From positions 143,115 to 207,114 of the forward strand of contig JBAZSC010000003.1 of the NCBI GenBank assembly GCA_041662665.1: a stretch of DNA of 64,000 nt. Reading direction: 5' to 3'. The notes below the pieces were generated by a model. The model was given only the letters and a program-made list of their open reading frames with translations. It searched no databases and was not told the origin of the DNA. Shown here piece by piece: positions 8,757 to 17,070 of the stretch (its first letter is position 1; every line of letters begins with the position of its first letter). A program made the position numbers and the translations under genes. The DNA comes from Patescibacteria group bacterium (GTDB taxonomy: Bacteria > Patescibacteriota > JABMPQ01 > JAQVVF01).

Positions 8757-9212
8757 ATGCAAGTACAAGAAGTAATGACGAAGAAAATTGTCAAAATAAA
8801 AAAAGGGACAACGCTTCGAGAAGCGGCAAAAATTTTGATCAAAAATGATATAACTGGCGCGCCTGTAGTTAACGAAAAAAATAAAGTGATTGGCTTAATT
8901 TCTGAAAAGAATGTTTTTAGAGCGTTGTATCCAAATTATGAAGAATTTTATATTGATCTAGATATAATTGCAAAACCAAATACTTTGAATGACAGATTAA
9001 AAAATATTGTTGATTTGAAAGTTGAAAATTTTATGGTTCGTGATGTTATTTCAGCCTTGCCTTCTGATTCTTTAGTAAAAGTTGGCGGAATTATGATGGC
9101 ACGAGGCGTTCATCGAGTTTTAGTTGTTGATGAAAAAGATACTTTGCTTGGCGTTGTTAGCAGAAGAGACATTTATCCAGTAGTTTTTAAAATGTTGTTA
9201 AATATAAAATAA
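8757..9212 (+). CDS. CBS-domain pair protein
   Basis: Two CBS-like modules, KIVKIKKGTTLREAAKILIKNDITGAPVV and FMVRDVISALPSDSLVKVGGIMMARGVHRVLVVD. Confidence 0.75.
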   Translation: MQVQEVMTKKIVKIKKGTTLREAAKILIKNDITGAPVVNEKNKVIGLISEKNVFRALYPNYEEFYIDLDIIAKPNTLNDRLKNIVDLKVENFMVRDVISALPSDSLVKVGGIMMARGVHRVLVVDEKDTLLGVVSRRDIYPVVFKMLLNIK

Positions 9213-9281
9213 CGAGTAACTAGTAATAAGTAACTAGTAATTAGTAATAAATATGCCAGAATTTCAGAGGTTGAGATAATT

Positions 9282-9315
9282 ATCCGCCTTCGCTTTGCTA
9301 AGCTTCGGCGGACAA
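9282..9315. repeat. Palindromic element copy 2, intergenic (upstream of mutM)
   Basis: atccgccttcgctttgctaagcttcggcggacaa. Confidence 0.8.
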
Positions 9316-9339
9316 AGGACGACAGTATAATATAATTTT

Positions 9340-10158
9340 ATGCCTGAATTACCAGAAGTAGAAACGATTAAAAGACAGCTAGAAAATAAAATAATTGGCA
9401 AGAAGATTAAGGATGTTGAAGTTCGATATGCCAAGTTATTAAATTTGCCAGAAAAAGATTTTATTAAACAAGTTTCTGGAAGTAAAATTGTTGCTTTAAA
9501 AAGAAGAGCAAAACTTTTGATTTGGCAATTATCAAATGATAAAAATTTAGTTTTTCATTTGAAGATGGCTGGACAGGTTATTTGGGCAGGAAAAAATCCA
9601 GAATTAGCAAGATATACTTATGTTATTTTTACTTTGTCAGATTCTAATAAAGTATTTTTTAATGATAAAAGAAAATTTGGTTGGGTGAAATTTTTGAATA
9701 ATCAAGATTTAGAAAAATTATTATTGTCTTATGGTCATGAACCATTAGATAAAAATTTTACTTGGCAAGATTTGAAAGAAATTTTAAATAAGAAAAAAAG
9801 AATTAGAATAAAACCATTGTTAATGGATCAAACTTTATTGGCTGGAGTTGGCAATATTTATGCTCAAGAAGCTTGTTTTTGCGCAGGAATTTTGCCAGAG
9901 CGAAAAGCAGGCGATATAGTTGACGAAGATATTAAAAAGTTGTATGATTGCTTGAAAAAAGTTTTACTTGATTCTATCAAACATCATGGTACTTCAGCTG
10001 ATGCTTATGTAGATGCAATGGGCAATAAGGGCAGTTTTGAAGCAAGATTGAAAGTTTATGGACGTGAAGGCGAGAAATGTTATAGATGCGGTGGAATAGT
10101 AAAAAAGATGAGACTTGGGGGACGAGGAACTTATTTTTGTCCAAAATGCCAAGCGTAG
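9340..10158 (+). CDS. mutM: Formamidopyrimidine-DNA glycosylase (Fpg/MutM)
   Basis: The N-terminal MPELPEVE catalytic signature and a C-terminal zinc finger, CYRCGG...CPKCQ. Confidence 0.92.
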   Translation: MPELPEVETIKRQLENKIIGKKIKDVEVRYAKLLNLPEKDFIKQVSGSKIVALKRRAKLLIWQLSNDKNLVFHLKMAGQVIWAGKNPELARYTYVIFTLSDSNKVFFNDKRKFGWVKFLNNQDLEKLLLSYGHEPLDKNFTWQDLKEILNKKKRIRIKPLLMDQTLLAGVGNIYAQEACFCAGILPERKAGDIVDEDIKKLYDCLKKVLLDSIKHHGTSADAYVDAMGNKGSFEARLKVYGREGEKCYRCGGIVKKMRLGGRGTYFCPKCQA

Positions 10159-10179
10159 AGACGTAGCATTGCTACGTCT
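10159..10179 (+). terminator. Perfect 9-bp hairpin right after the mutM stop (weak T tract)
   Basis: agacgtagc-att-gctacgtct. The T-run lies only ~8 nt downstream. Confidence 0.4.
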
Positions 10180-10199
10180 GTACAAAGATTTTTAAAGTT

Positions 10200-10233
10200 A
10201 TCCGCCTTCGTCCTGTGGGACTTCGGCGGACAG
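10200..10233. repeat. Palindromic element copy 3, intergenic (downstream of mutM)
   Basis: atccgccttcgtcctgtgggacttcggcggacag, with inner hairpin gtcc-tgtg-ggac. Confidence 0.8.
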
Positions 10234-10296
10234 GTAAAGTTCATAAAGTATTTTTTTGGATATTGTTCTTTTGACAACGAGGAGAGGAGGAAAGAA

Positions 10297-10488
10297 ATGG
10301 AAAATTGTTCAAAGGGATTTTCGCAAGGGATTTTAAGTGGTAAAGATTATTTTATTTTTGCTGTAGATTTGGTAAAGCTTGTTCCGATTATGGTTGTGGC
10401 TGTACCAATTGTTTTGATGAATGTTGCGCGTGATAGATTGTCTAAAGACAAAAGTAAAAAATCAAGAATCTGTGGAATTGATTGGTAG
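10297..10488 (+). CDS. Small membrane protein (hypothetical)
   Basis: 63 aa ORF with a strong Shine-Dalgarno GAGGAGG 6 nt upstream. One hydrophobic helix. Local GC is higher than the surroundings. Confidence 0.5.
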   Translation: MENCSKGFSQGILSGKDYFIFAVDLVKLVPIMVVAVPIVLMNVARDRLSKDKSKKSRICGIDW

Positions 10489-10508
10489 CAAAAGAAGGAG
10501 GAAGGAAG

Positions 10509-11072
10509 ATGAGCGACAATGACTACGAAGGAGCTTTTGAGGGCATGTTGCATGGTTCTTTGAGAAGTAGGCTTGAAAATCTCTTTAAGACATTTTGGAA
10601 AGAAATTGTTTATTTGAAGGATACTCGAGGATTGGTTTTAAGTTTTGGAGTGTCGATTGTTGTGATTCTTGTTGTTGTTATTTTGATACCGTTGATAATA
10701 GTAATATGGTTGTATGATAAACTCGCAGCTATCTTTAACAGGTTTTCTGAAAAGAAAACAGATAGCTCTGAGTTTGAAAGAAAAGAAAAGACTGAGGCGA
10801 GAAAGAGGATGTTTGGGGAAGTAATGAAAGTTTTGTTTTTGGTATTGGTACTTGTAGTATTTTTTTTCTTGATTGCAATAAGACAACTTGGTTTTGCTTT
10901 TATCTGTTTGTGTGGAGGTCTCTTCTTTTGGTATATTTGGGAAAAATTTTTTACGGATCATGCAGGTTCGAGTAGTAATGTAACTTGTTGTGAATCTCTT
11001 GATCAGTGTACTTGTGATGGTGGAGAAATGTGTGATGCTTGCAGATATTATTATAATCATATTAATCAATAA
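10509..11072 (+). CDS. Membrane protein with a Cys-rich C-terminal tail (hypothetical)
   Basis: Strong Shine-Dalgarno AAGGAGGAAGG before ATG 10509. Hydrophobic helices and a C-terminal CCESLDQCTCDGGEMCDACRYY. Followed by the hairpin terminator at 11082-11105. Confidence 0.6.
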   Translation: MSDNDYEGAFEGMLHGSLRSRLENLFKTFWKEIVYLKDTRGLVLSFGVSIVVILVVVILIPLIIVIWLYDKLAAIFNRFSEKKTDSSEFERKEKTEARKRMFGEVMKVLFLVLVLVVFFFLIAIRQLGFAFICLCGGLFFWYIWEKFFTDHAGSSSNVTCCESLDQCTCDGGEMCDACRYYYNHINQ

Positions 11073-11081
11073 TTGATCTTT

Positions 11082-11105
11082 AACTGGTTTTGACCAGTTT
11101 TTTTG
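11082..11105 (+). terminator. Rho-independent terminator
   Basis: aactggt-tttg-accagtt followed by T7. Confidence 0.75.
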
Positions 11106-11109
11106 TACT

Positions 11110-11134
11110 AAAAAAACTCTTTGAAAAGAGTTTG
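11110..11134 (-). terminator. Rho-independent terminator for the minus-strand gene 11147..11530
   Basis: On the minus strand, aaactctt-ttcaa-agagttt then T7. Confidence 0.7.
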
Positions 11135-11146
11135 GTTAAAAGGGTA

Positions 11147-11530
11147 CTAGGGTAGAGTGGAGCATAGGCCGTAAAGTTCGACGATGGCATCTTGGTTGTC
11201 TTTGGGTGGTTTGATGGAGATGAGTGAATCAGGAATGAGTCCTAGAATATGAAATTTGATTTTGATTTCAAGCGAAGGAGAAAAGGTTTTGGTAATTTCC
11301 GAAGTGCCTTTGGTAATGACAATACAAGGGTCTTTCATGGTTTTGAATAGATAGCTGATGCCGATAATAGTGGCATTCCAGGCGGGCATTTCTTTTTCTC
11401 CAACCTGAACAATTTCATCTCCGAAGAAATCTTCCTCGTCATAACTTGTGAGAAGAACAGGTTCTGCAAAAGCGGAGGAACAAACAGAGAAAATGCACAG
11501 GAAGCAAAGTGCAGAGATGGCCTTTTTCAT
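11147..11530 (-). CDS. Secreted hypothetical protein (signal peptide)
   Basis: GGAGG Shine-Dalgarno 6 nt before ATG 11530. N-terminus MKKAISALCFLCIFSVCSSAFA. Own terminator at 11110-11134. Confidence 0.6.
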   Translation of the reverse strand: MKKAISALCFLCIFSVCSSAFAEPVLLTSYDEEDFFGDEIVQVGEKEMPAWNATIIGISYLFKTMKDPCIVITKGTSEITKTFSPSLEIKIKFHILGLIPDSLISIKPPKDNQDAIVELYGLCSTLP

Positions 11531-11627
11531 TGTTGTCCTCCGTGGGTGAAAGCCGACCATATCATATCATATTGAATGAATTTGTCAAGTTTTTGACAGT
11601 TATTTTATATTATAGTAAACTTGGAAT

Positions 11628-12714
11628 ATGCAGGAATTATTACAAAAATTAGAAAAAATAAAACAGGACATTGCGAAAGTAATGGATCGTCTTTGATATT
11701 GCGGGTAAAATTAGTAAAATAAGTAAAATAAGTAAAGATGTCCAGAGTCCTGATTTTTGGAAAGATACAAAAAAAGCAAAGGCAGTGATGCGTGATTTGG
11801 ATAGTCTAAAGAAAATGGTGGAATTATGGGAGGGCATGTTAGCTGAAACGAATGATTTATTTGATATGTTAGAAATTGCAAAGGATGATGAAATCTTGCA
11901 AAAAGAATTAGAACAGCGTTTTGAAATATTGAACAAAAAATTTGAACAGCACCAATTTGAAATAATGATGGCAGGTGAATATGATTTGAATAATGCAATT
12001 ATGATGATTCATTCAGGAACTGGTGGAACAGAAGCGCAAGATTGGGCAGAAATGTTACTTAGAATGTATTTGAGATATTGTGAAAAAAGAGGCTGGCAAA
12101 CTGAAATTATCGACAAGGTTTTGGGTAGCGAAGCTGGCATAAAAAATGCTACAATAAAGATAACTGGTAATTATGCTTATGGTTATCTAAAAGCTGAAGC
12201 TGGAATTCATAGATTAGTACGGCAATCTCCTTTTGATGCTGATCATGCAAGACATACTTCTTTTGCTTTGGTTGAAGTAATTCCAGAATTATCATCTGAT
12301 ATTAACATACAAATTGATCCAAGCGAATTAAGAATTGATACATATCGATCAAGTGGTGCAGGAGGCCAGAGTGTTAATAAAACAAGCTCTGCAGTTCGAA
12401 TTACACATTTGCCAACAGGAATTGTGGTTGCTTGCCAGAATGAAAGATCACAAGCTCAGAATAGAGAAACAGCAATGAGTATTTTGAAATCAAGACTTTT
12501 TGAGAGAGAATTGAAAAGAAAGAATGAAGAAAAAGCAAAAATTCGAGGCGAACATATTGAAGCAACTTGGAGCAATCAAATCAGGTCTTATGTTTTACAT
12601 CCATACAAAATGGTTAAAGATCATCGAACAGAATATGAGGTTAAAGATGCGGAGGCAGTGTTAAATGGAGATTTAGATGGATTTATTGATGAGTATTTAA
12701 AACGAGAATCATGA
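11628..12714 (+). CDS. prfB: Peptide chain release factor 2 with a programmed +1 ribosomal frameshift (join 11628..11693, 11695..12714)
   Basis: Frame 0 reads MQELLQKLEKIKQDIAKVMDRL, then CTT TGA at 11691-11696. The +1 frame continues DIAGKI...SPDFWKD and carries SPF (RQSPFD) and GGQ (SGAGGQSVNKT). Confidence 0.9.
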
Positions 12715-12784
12715 ATTAAGAATTATGAATAATGATCTAATGCTTTGATCATAATTCATTATTCATGATTCATAATTCATTTTT

Positions 12785-13462
12785 ATGATTGAATTCAAAC
12801 AAATTAACAAATCTTATTCTGACGGTCTTGTTTTAAGTGATATAAATCTCACAGTCAATGACGGCGAATTTATTACTTTTGTTGGAAGATCTGGCGTTGG
12901 CAAAACGACTATTTTTCGGTTGCTAATTGGTGAAGAAAAACCAGATTCAGGAGAATTAATTGTTAATGGCTGTAATGTCGAAAAATTAAGCAAAAGCAGA
13001 ATTCCATATTATCGCAGAAAATTAGGCGTTGTGTTTCAGGATTTTAAATTGTTATCAAGAAAAACTGTTTATGAAAATGTGGCTTTTACTTTGGTTGTAT
13101 CAGGTGCATCAAATAAAAAAATAAAAGAATTGGTACCACAAGCTATTGGCTTGGTTGGATTGTCAGGAAAAGAAGAACGTTTTCCGCATGAATTGTCAGG
13201 TGGTGAACAACAACGTTGTGCAATTGCAAGAGCTATAGTTCATCAACCAAAAATTTTGATAGCTGATGAGTTGACTGGTGATTTGGATGCAATTTATTCT
13301 TGGGAAATTATGGAAATATTATTAAGAATTAATAAGCTTGGAAATACTGTTTTGATTGCAACTCATGATCGAGATATTGTTAATCGTTTGAATAAAAGAG
13401 TGATTACAATGGAAAATGGCAAGATTGCCAAAGATCAGCGTGTAGGGCACTACATGATCTAA
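12785..13462 (+). CDS. ftsE: Cell division ABC transporter ATP-binding protein FtsE
   Basis: Walker A GRSGVGKTT, signature LSGGEQQR, Walker B ILIADE. Immediately upstream of an FtsX-like permease. Confidence 0.85.
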   Translation: MIEFKQINKSYSDGLVLSDINLTVNDGEFITFVGRSGVGKTTIFRLLIGEEKPDSGELIVNGCNVEKLSKSRIPYYRRKLGVVFQDFKLLSRKTVYENVAFTLVVSGASNKKIKELVPQAIGLVGLSGKEERFPHELSGGEQQRCAIARAIVHQPKILIADELTGDLDAIYSWEIMEILLRINKLGNTVLIATHDRDIVNRLNKRVITMENGKIAKDQRVGHYMI

Positions 13463-13589
13463 TTTCCAATTATCATTTTTCAATTTTCAATAAATAACCA
13501 ATTTTCAATTTTCAGAGCGACGACGTTTTGGAAATTGATCATTGACAATTTATTGTAAATTGGAAATTGTAAATTTTTATAGATAATTT

Positions 13590-14504
13590 ATGTTAAGATC
13601 TCTATTTCGTGTCATTAAGTTTGGTTTCATGAATTTCTGGCGGAATATCTGGATGTCTTTTGCTACGACTTTGATTATGGTTTTGACTTTATTCTCAATT
13701 AGTCTTTTGATTGTTTTGAATCTTTATGGAAATTTGATTTTGGAAAATATTAAAAATAAAATTGATGTAACTGTCTTTTTTAGTCAGGATGTCAGCAAAG
13801 CGCAAATCGATGAACTGCAAAGTGCTTTGTCGAATATGAGTGATGTTGAAGAAGTAAAATATACATCAAAAGATGAGGCTTTAAAAGAATTTCAAGAAAA
13901 ACATGGCGATAACCCTTTGTTGTTATCTTCAATTACAGAATTAGAAGGCAATCCATTGCGAGATACACTTGTAATTCGAGCTAGAAATTTGGAAAAATAT
14001 AATGATATTAAAATATTTTTGGATAATGAAAAATATCAGCCAATTGTTGAAAAATTTACTTTTGATGATAATAAAGAAATTATCAATAAAGTTTCTTCAA
14101 CATTGAGCATTGCTAAAAAAATAGGTATTGGCGTGAGTGTAATCTTTTGTATTATCGTAGTTTTGGTTATGTTTAATACAATCAGAATGACAATTTATAC
14201 TCAGAAAGATGAGATCAGTATTATGAGACTTGTTGGTGCCACGAACTATTTTATTGAGATTCCTTTTATTATTGAAGGCATGCTTTATGGATTATTTGCG
14301 AGTGTGATTTCAACAATTATTTTGTATCCAATTATTTTGTATACTACTCCAAAGATAAATGAATTTTTTCAACTGGTTAATGTTGATGCTGCTTCTGTAA
14401 TTAACAAAAATTTGTTGATTATCATTGCTGTCCAACTTTTACTTGGAATATTTTTGGGAGTAGTTTCTAGTGCTATTGCTATAAGAAAGTACCTTAAAGT
14501 TTAG
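13590..14504 (+). CDS. ftsX: Cell division permease FtsX
   Basis: 304 aa with an N-terminal TM, a periplasmic domain and three C-terminal TM helices. Lies downstream of ftsE. Confidence 0.8.
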   Translation: MLRSLFRVIKFGFMNFWRNIWMSFATTLIMVLTLFSISLLIVLNLYGNLILENIKNKIDVTVFFSQDVSKAQIDELQSALSNMSDVEEVKYTSKDEALKEFQEKHGDNPLLLSSITELEGNPLRDTLVIRARNLEKYNDIKIFLDNEKYQPIVEKFTFDDNKEIINKVSSTLSIAKKIGIGVSVIFCIIVVLVMFNTIRMTIYTQKDEISIMRLVGATNYFIEIPFIIEGMLYGLFASVISTIILYPIILYTTPKINEFFQLVNVDAASVINKNLLIIIAVQLLLGIFLGVVSSAIAIRKYLKV

Positions 14505-14565
14505 CTTCACTCTAATACCTCTCAAATAGCACTAATAAAATCTCTAATGTTTTTACAATAACAAA

Positions 14566-15435
14566 ATGAGCGTTATTGAAGTTAAAAATTTAAAAAAATA
14601 TTTTGGCAAGACTAAGGCAGTTGATGGTATTAGTTTTGAAGTTAAAAAAGGAGAGATCTTTGGTTTTTTGGGTCCAAATGGTGCAGGCAAGACAACAGCA
14701 ATTCGATGTATGATGGATTTTATAAAACCGACAAGTGGCGAAATTAAAATTTTAGACAGAGATGCCCAAAAAGACTCTGTTTTTTTGAAAGAAAAAATTG
14801 GCTATTTATCAGGAACTGTCAGGCTCTATGATAAATGGACTGGTAAAGAGCATCTTGATTTTATTAAAGAATTAAATGGCAAAAATAATATTGCTAATGA
14901 TTTGATTAAAAGATTAGACTTTGATGTTAAAGTGAAAACAAAAAGTCTGTCATCTGGAAACAGACAAAAGCTTGGAATAATTATGGCAATGTTATGCAAT
15001 CCAGAAGTTTTAATTCTTGATGAGCCATCAATGGCTCTTGATCCTTTGATGCAACATGAAGTTTATCATTTGATTAAAGAAGCATCAGAAAAAGGAACAA
15101 CTGTTTTTATGTCTTCTCATAATTTGGCAGAAGTGCAGAAAATTTGCAGTAGAATTGGAATTATAAAAAATGGCAAGATGGTAGCAATGGAAGATATTTC
15201 GACTTTGCGACAAAAAAGTATGTATACGATGAATATTAATTTTGAAGATAAAATTAATGCTGATGATTTTAAATTAGCTGGAGTTGAGATAATTAAGGCA
15301 TTGCCGAATGAGTTAAGTCTAGGAGTGAAAGGCGATTTGAATCCAATAATCAAAAAAATTGGTAATTATAGAATAAAAGATTTGGATATTGAACCTGCAT
15401 CTCTGGAAGAGATTTTCTTGGAATATTATGGTTAA
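14566..15435 (+). CDS. ABC transporter ATP-binding protein (ABC-2 type)
   Basis: GPNGAGKTT, LSSGNRQKL, LILDEPSMALD. Confidence 0.85.
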   Translation: MSVIEVKNLKKYFGKTKAVDGISFEVKKGEIFGFLGPNGAGKTTAIRCMMDFIKPTSGEIKILDRDAQKDSVFLKEKIGYLSGTVRLYDKWTGKEHLDFIKELNGKNNIANDLIKRLDFDVKVKTKSLSSGNRQKLGIIMAMLCNPEVLILDEPSMALDPLMQHEVYHLIKEASEKGTTVFMSSHNLAEVQKICSRIGIIKNGKMVAMEDISTLRQKSMYTMNINFEDKINADDFKLAGVEIIKALPNELSLGVKGDLNPIIKKIGNYRIKDLDIEPASLEEIFLEYYG

Positions 15436-15471
15436 ATTATTTGATTATGTTTAAATAAATATAGATGATTT

Positions 15472-15514
15472 TATCGCGGAAATACGCGGAAATTACGCGG
15501 AAAACGCAGAAAAA
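15472..15514. promoter_or_regulatory. Array of 4 direct ACGC(G/A)GAAA repeats at 10-11 bp phasing between the ABC ATPase and permease genes
   Basis: tcgcggaaat-acgcggaaatt-acgcggaaa-acgcagaaa. Ends 3 nt before ATG 15517. Confidence 0.6.
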
Positions 15515-15516
15515 AT

Positions 15517-16332
15517 ATGGTAAAAGAATTTTTCATTTTAGTTTGGCGGACAATTAAAGATCGCAAAATAACGATCATTGTTTATTGTTTGGCAGTAATT
15601 GCATTTTTATGGATGTATGTTGGTTTGTTTCCAGCATTTCGTGATCAGTCAGCAACTTTTAATGAAATGATGAAAAGTTATCCGCAGGATTTCATGAAAG
15701 CTTTTGGAGTGGAAAATATTGATATGAGTTCTTTGGAAAGTTTTTTGGCAATGGAGCAATTTGGAATAATCTGGCCTTTGATGGTTAGTTTTTTGATGAT
15801 TTCTTTGGCTGGAATAATGTTGGCTGGAGAAATAGAAAAGGGAACTTCCGAATTATTATTATCTAGGCCTGTATCTAGGCAACAAATTTTTTGGTCGCGG
15901 TATTTGGTTGGGATTGCTGTTTTGATAGTTTTTGTTTTTTGTTCAGTAATGGCAGTAATTCCTTTTGCGAAAATTTATAAGGTTGATTATCTAATTAATA
16001 ATTTTTGGACAATGTCTATGGCTTGCTTTTTGTTTGGTTGGGCGATTTTCAGCATTGCTTTTATGTTTTCAGCTATTTTTTCAGAGAGAAGCAGAGTTTA
16101 TATGTTGGCAGGTGGCTTGTTAGTTTTGATGTATGTGATAAAAATAATTTCTTCTTTGAAAGAAAGTTTGGAAAATTTGAAATATTTTTCTTTTTTCTAT
16201 TATTATGATGCTAATAGGGCATTGGTGGAGAATATAATTGATGGCAAATCTTGGGTTGTTTTTATGAGTGTTGCTGTTGTTTGTACTGTGATTGGGATGG
16301 TGGTGTTTAGAAAGAGGGATGTGGCGGTGTAG
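15517..16332 (+). CDS. ABC-2 type transporter permease
   Basis: 271 aa with 6 predicted TM helices. Directly downstream of the ABC-2 ATPase. Confidence 0.7.
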   Translation: MVKEFFILVWRTIKDRKITIIVYCLAVIAFLWMYVGLFPAFRDQSATFNEMMKSYPQDFMKAFGVENIDMSSLESFLAMEQFGIIWPLMVSFLMISLAGIMLAGEIEKGTSELLLSRPVSRQQIFWSRYLVGIAVLIVFVFCSVMAVIPFAKIYKVDYLINNFWTMSMACFLFGWAIFSIAFMFSAIFSERSRVYMLAGGLLVLMYVIKIISSLKESLENLKYFSFFYYYDANRALVENIIDGKSWVVFMSVAVVCTVIGMVVFRKRDVAV

Positions 16333-16365
16333 GTGTTTATAATTATTTTAAAATAAAAACTTATT

Positions 16366-17040
16366 ATGAAAAAAATTATATTTATTATATCTTTATTTGT
16401 GTTATTTTTTGGTTTTTATTTTGTTGATGCGAAGAAGCATAAAGTTGTACAAGTGCTTGATGGTAATACAATCAAAGTTAATATTCATGGTAAGATCAAA
16501 TCTGTAAAACTTATTGGTATTGATGCGCCGAAAATTAAAAGTTTTGGAAAATCAGATGAATGTTTTGGTAAAGAAGCATTAAGCTATTTAAAATCTAAAA
16601 TTGAAAATAAGAGAGTAAAGATTTTGAAAGATTCTGATGGGCGTAAGATTGATAATAAAGGATTCCTTTTGCGTTATGTTTATTTGGGTGAAAAAAATAT
16701 TAGTGCAAAAATACTTAAAGATGGTTATGTTTATGTTTATACTGGTTATCATTTTTCTAAAGTTAAAAGATTTAAAAAATTAGAAAAATACGCTCGCAAT
16801 AATGAAAGAGGATTATGGAATATTAGTACATGTGATGGTCAAAGAGAGATACCTGTAAAAGAACCGGTAAAAGTAATTAGTCATATTTATTATACGAGTT
16901 CTTACTATACTGCTAGATATTATTATTGTGATACTGATGATGCATGGAAAGGATTATCGCCGACATATTTAAGATCTTTTAATTCTGTTGAAGAATTATT
17001 GAGAAATTTTCCAGGCAGAATATTACACCAACCTTGTTAA
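16366..17040 (+). CDS. Thermonuclease (staphylococcal nuclease/SNase)-like secreted nuclease
   Basis: Signal/TM N-terminus, then KVVQVLDGNTIKV...VKLIGIDAPK...RYVYLGEKNISAKILKDGYVYVY, typical of the SNase fold. Confidence 0.7.
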   Translation: MKKIIFIISLFVLFFGFYFVDAKKHKVVQVLDGNTIKVNIHGKIKSVKLIGIDAPKIKSFGKSDECFGKEALSYLKSKIENKRVKILKDSDGRKIDNKGFLLRYVYLGEKNISAKILKDGYVYVYTGYHFSKVKRFKKLEKYARNNERGLWNISTCDGQREIPVKEPVKVISHIYYTSSYYTARYYYCDTDDAWKGLSPTYLRSFNSVEELLRNFPGRILHQPC

Positions 17041-17070
17041 AAATATAATTTTCTAAATTAATTTTAAAAA

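Noticed and set aside
11691-11696. Possibility that UGA is reassigned (code 25/4), given the low GC and small genes
   Set aside because: RF2 is encoded, and its own UGA is used as the regulatory stop in a classical +1 frameshift site. Gene ends called with TGA give sensible C-termini, so the standard code 11 applies.
15472-15514. Possibility that the CGCAGAA/ATATTCGG/TTGTTAAATTGTT tandem repeats are CRISPR arrays
   Set aside because: The repeat units are only 7-13 nt with 2-4 nt spacers of no diversity. They lack the 24-48 nt repeat and unique-spacer architecture, and there are no cas genes.
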